Notes under the pieces: model-generated | Seen by the model: the letters and a program-made list of their open reading frames with translations, nothing else | Databases searched by the model: none | Told to the model about the DNA's origin: nothing | Origin: Candidatus Peribacter riflensis | GTDB taxonomy: Bacteria > Patescibacteriota > Gracilibacteria > Peribacterales > Peribacteraceae | Assembly: GCA_001430755.1 (NCBI GenBank) | Contig: CP013062.1 | Span: 30,001-62,000, forward strand | Length of the DNA: 32,000 nt | Direction: 5' to 3' | Shown: positions 30,636 through 32,000 of the stretch, piece after piece | Layout: every line of letters begins with the position of its first letter | Position numbering within the stretch: position 1 is the stretch's first letter | Made by a program: the position numbers and the translations under genes

Positions 30636-32000
30636 TTACGGAGTTCCGGCGTCATTTGTCCAGCCGAGCTCTTTCGCCTTTGCGAGGTAGATGAGGCGGA
30701 AGAGATGGGATTTTTTCAGCAGGACCTCCGCAGTGGAGCCGGACTGCGGGAGGCCGATTTGCGAGAGCAGCTGCTGCTTTCTCTGTTCTGACATTTGATC
30801 GGGATCCCCTGCAAAGAGAGAGAGGATAGTCGCAGGTTCCATTGTTTCGATGGGCAGATCCTTCTGCCAGATCGCCTTCAGAAGAGGGGCGTCAGATGCA
30901 GACAGGGGTTTCTCTGCATCGACGATAAATTGGAAGGCATGATACGCAGACGATGGCTGAAGAGGAACGAGCTTGGGCTGGAGCAGCCCGTCAACGATCA
31001 GGTGCTGCACCGCTCTCGAGAGGACGGAATCGGCGTTCATGTCGCGGATGGGGTAGATGATCACCTTTTTCTCGATGAGTGCATGCTGGAAGGCGCGCAG
31101 ATGAACCGGATCTTTGAGCAGCTGAGCCGGAGAAACACCCTCTCTCAGGCAGTAGACGAGCAGGTGCCCCGCGGCCTGCCCGATGGCCATTTCGTTAATG
31201 TGGATGCGAAGCGCGCCATTCGCGAGCTGCGTGGCTCCCAGGATATTCGAAGCGAACACAAGATTTTCTGTCTCGCGCGAGATGAGCGAGCCGAGCTTGA
31301 GTGAAGAAGGGCGGGCGAACACGAGCAGGCGTCCCAGGGGGTGGGAATTCCCATTCAGAATGCCTTTGTCGGTGAAGTACTGCAGAAATGCAGAGATGCC
31401 TTTCGTCCCGTAGAATTCATCGAGGGTGTAGTACTGGTGCAGATCAATGCTGTAGTGAACGGCTGCAACTGCCCGTTGAGAGAGTTGGGCCTCTTGGTTT
31501 CGCTTCAGGCAGTACTGGCGATTCTCCACGAAGCTCACGCACGCTGCATCATTGCAGGCGTTCGGGTTCTCAGTGCAGGATTCCAAGGCGAGCGTGAGAT
31601 CCATTTCAGTCATTTGATCCAATGTTTTTGCTCTTCTACCCTCACGATAGTAGGGCTTGGTGGCGAAGAGATCCGAAGATCCAGGGAACATGCCCAGAAG
31701 GAGTGTCACACGTTTCATCGAACAGGTGAGATCGCGTTCGGCGTCACAATCGAAGAATGAATGATCGATGGGCATGATGTACTTCATCCAGTAGTAAAAT
31801 TGGTACGAGCGCTTGCGTGAGCCATCGACGATGTCGCTCGACTCGACACTGTCTGCCGGAACGGGGAAATAATCGTTGGAGGGTTCTGCAATGATGGTGG
31901 CGCCCATGGTGGAGCGGGCGACGGGGGAATGGATGTCTATCGGAAAAAGACCGGAGATCACCGATCCTGAAGACACGATATTTCTGAGGTGGAAGAGCCC
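30636..32000 (-). CDS. FAD-dependent oxidoreductase-like protein (FAD_oxidored family-like), N-terminus outside window
   Basis: The frame stays open beyond the GTG at 31976 to the window edge. KPYYREGRRAKTL and NLVFASNILGATQLANGALRIHINEMAIGQAAGHLL resemble the C-terminal half of that family. The FAD-binding GxGxxG motif would lie upstream, outside the window. Confidence 0.45.
   Translation of the reverse strand, partial: GLFHLRNIVSSGSVISGLFPIDIHSPVARSTMGATIIAEPSNDYFPVPADSVESSDIVDGSRKRSYQFYYWMKYIMPIDHSFFDCDAERDLTCSMKRVTLLLGMFPGSSDLFATKPYYREGRRAKTLDQMTEMDLTLALESCTENPNACNDAACVSFVENRQYCLKRNQEAQLSQRAVAAVHYSIDLHQYYTLDEFYGTKGISAFLQYFTDKGILNGNSHPLGRLLVFARPSSLKLGSLISRETENLVFASNILGATQLANGALRIHINEMAIGQAAGHLLVYCLREGVSPAQLLKDPVHLRAFQHALIEKKVIIYPIRDMNADSVLSRAVQHLIVDGLLQPKLVPLQPSSAYHAFQFIVDAEKPLSASDAPLLKAIWQKDLPIETMEPATILSLFAGDPDQMSEQRKQQLLSQIGLPQSGSTAEVLLKKSHLFRLIYLAKAKELGWTNDAGTP

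Noticed and set aside
1-32000. CRISPR arrays, rRNA genes, IS elements, integrases, toxin-antitoxin or known defence-system genes
   Set aside because: Reading both strands showed no short regularly spaced repeats, no rRNA-like segments and no ORF with transposase, recombinase, RT, helicase-nuclease or other defence motifs. The only nuclease is the small GIY-YIG protein.

Overview
Gene-dense (~90% coding) bacterial chromosomal window of about 60% GC. The taxon cannot be assigned from the sequence alone. Housekeeping genes are present: rpe, purC, purB, ftsH, a DgkA-family lipid kinase and tRNA-Leu(GAG). They are interleaved with an unusually heavy load of lipid-carrier-dependent envelope glycosylation genes. 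There are eight polytopic GT-C-like membrane proteins: an ALG10/DIE2-like protein, a clear PMT/GT39 homologue, three PMT_2/ArnT-like proteins (two are tandem paralogues with an extra N-terminal ectodomain), a GT87/DUF2029-like protein and two unclassified large ones. Also present are two Dpm1/GtrB/ArnC-like GT2 enzymes, an SDR epimerase/dehydratase, a hexapeptide acetyltransferase and a GT4-pyruvyltransferase fusion. No CRISPR array, rRNA, transposase, integrase or recognisable defence genes were seen. The main second-look items are as follows. (1) A GIY-YIG nuclease cassette lies upstream of tRNA-Leu, bracketed by a perfect 50-bp duplication of the tRNA promoter flank plus tRNA nt 1-24. (2) TAnnnT (often TGnTAnnnT) -10 elements recur 6-10 nt upstream of almost every operon-first start codon, implying leaderless or near-leaderless mRNAs and revising several starts. 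(3) An orphan 451-aa Cys-motif protein has an AT-rich promoter and a ~190-nt structured leader. (4) A three-gene overlapping operon encodes the GT4-pyruvyltransferase fusion, a 941-aa membrane protein and an anchored 464-aa protein. (5) A ~3.7-kb lower-GC cassette sits inside the glycosylation cluster. All functional calls rest on motif recognition by eye and no database search was run.
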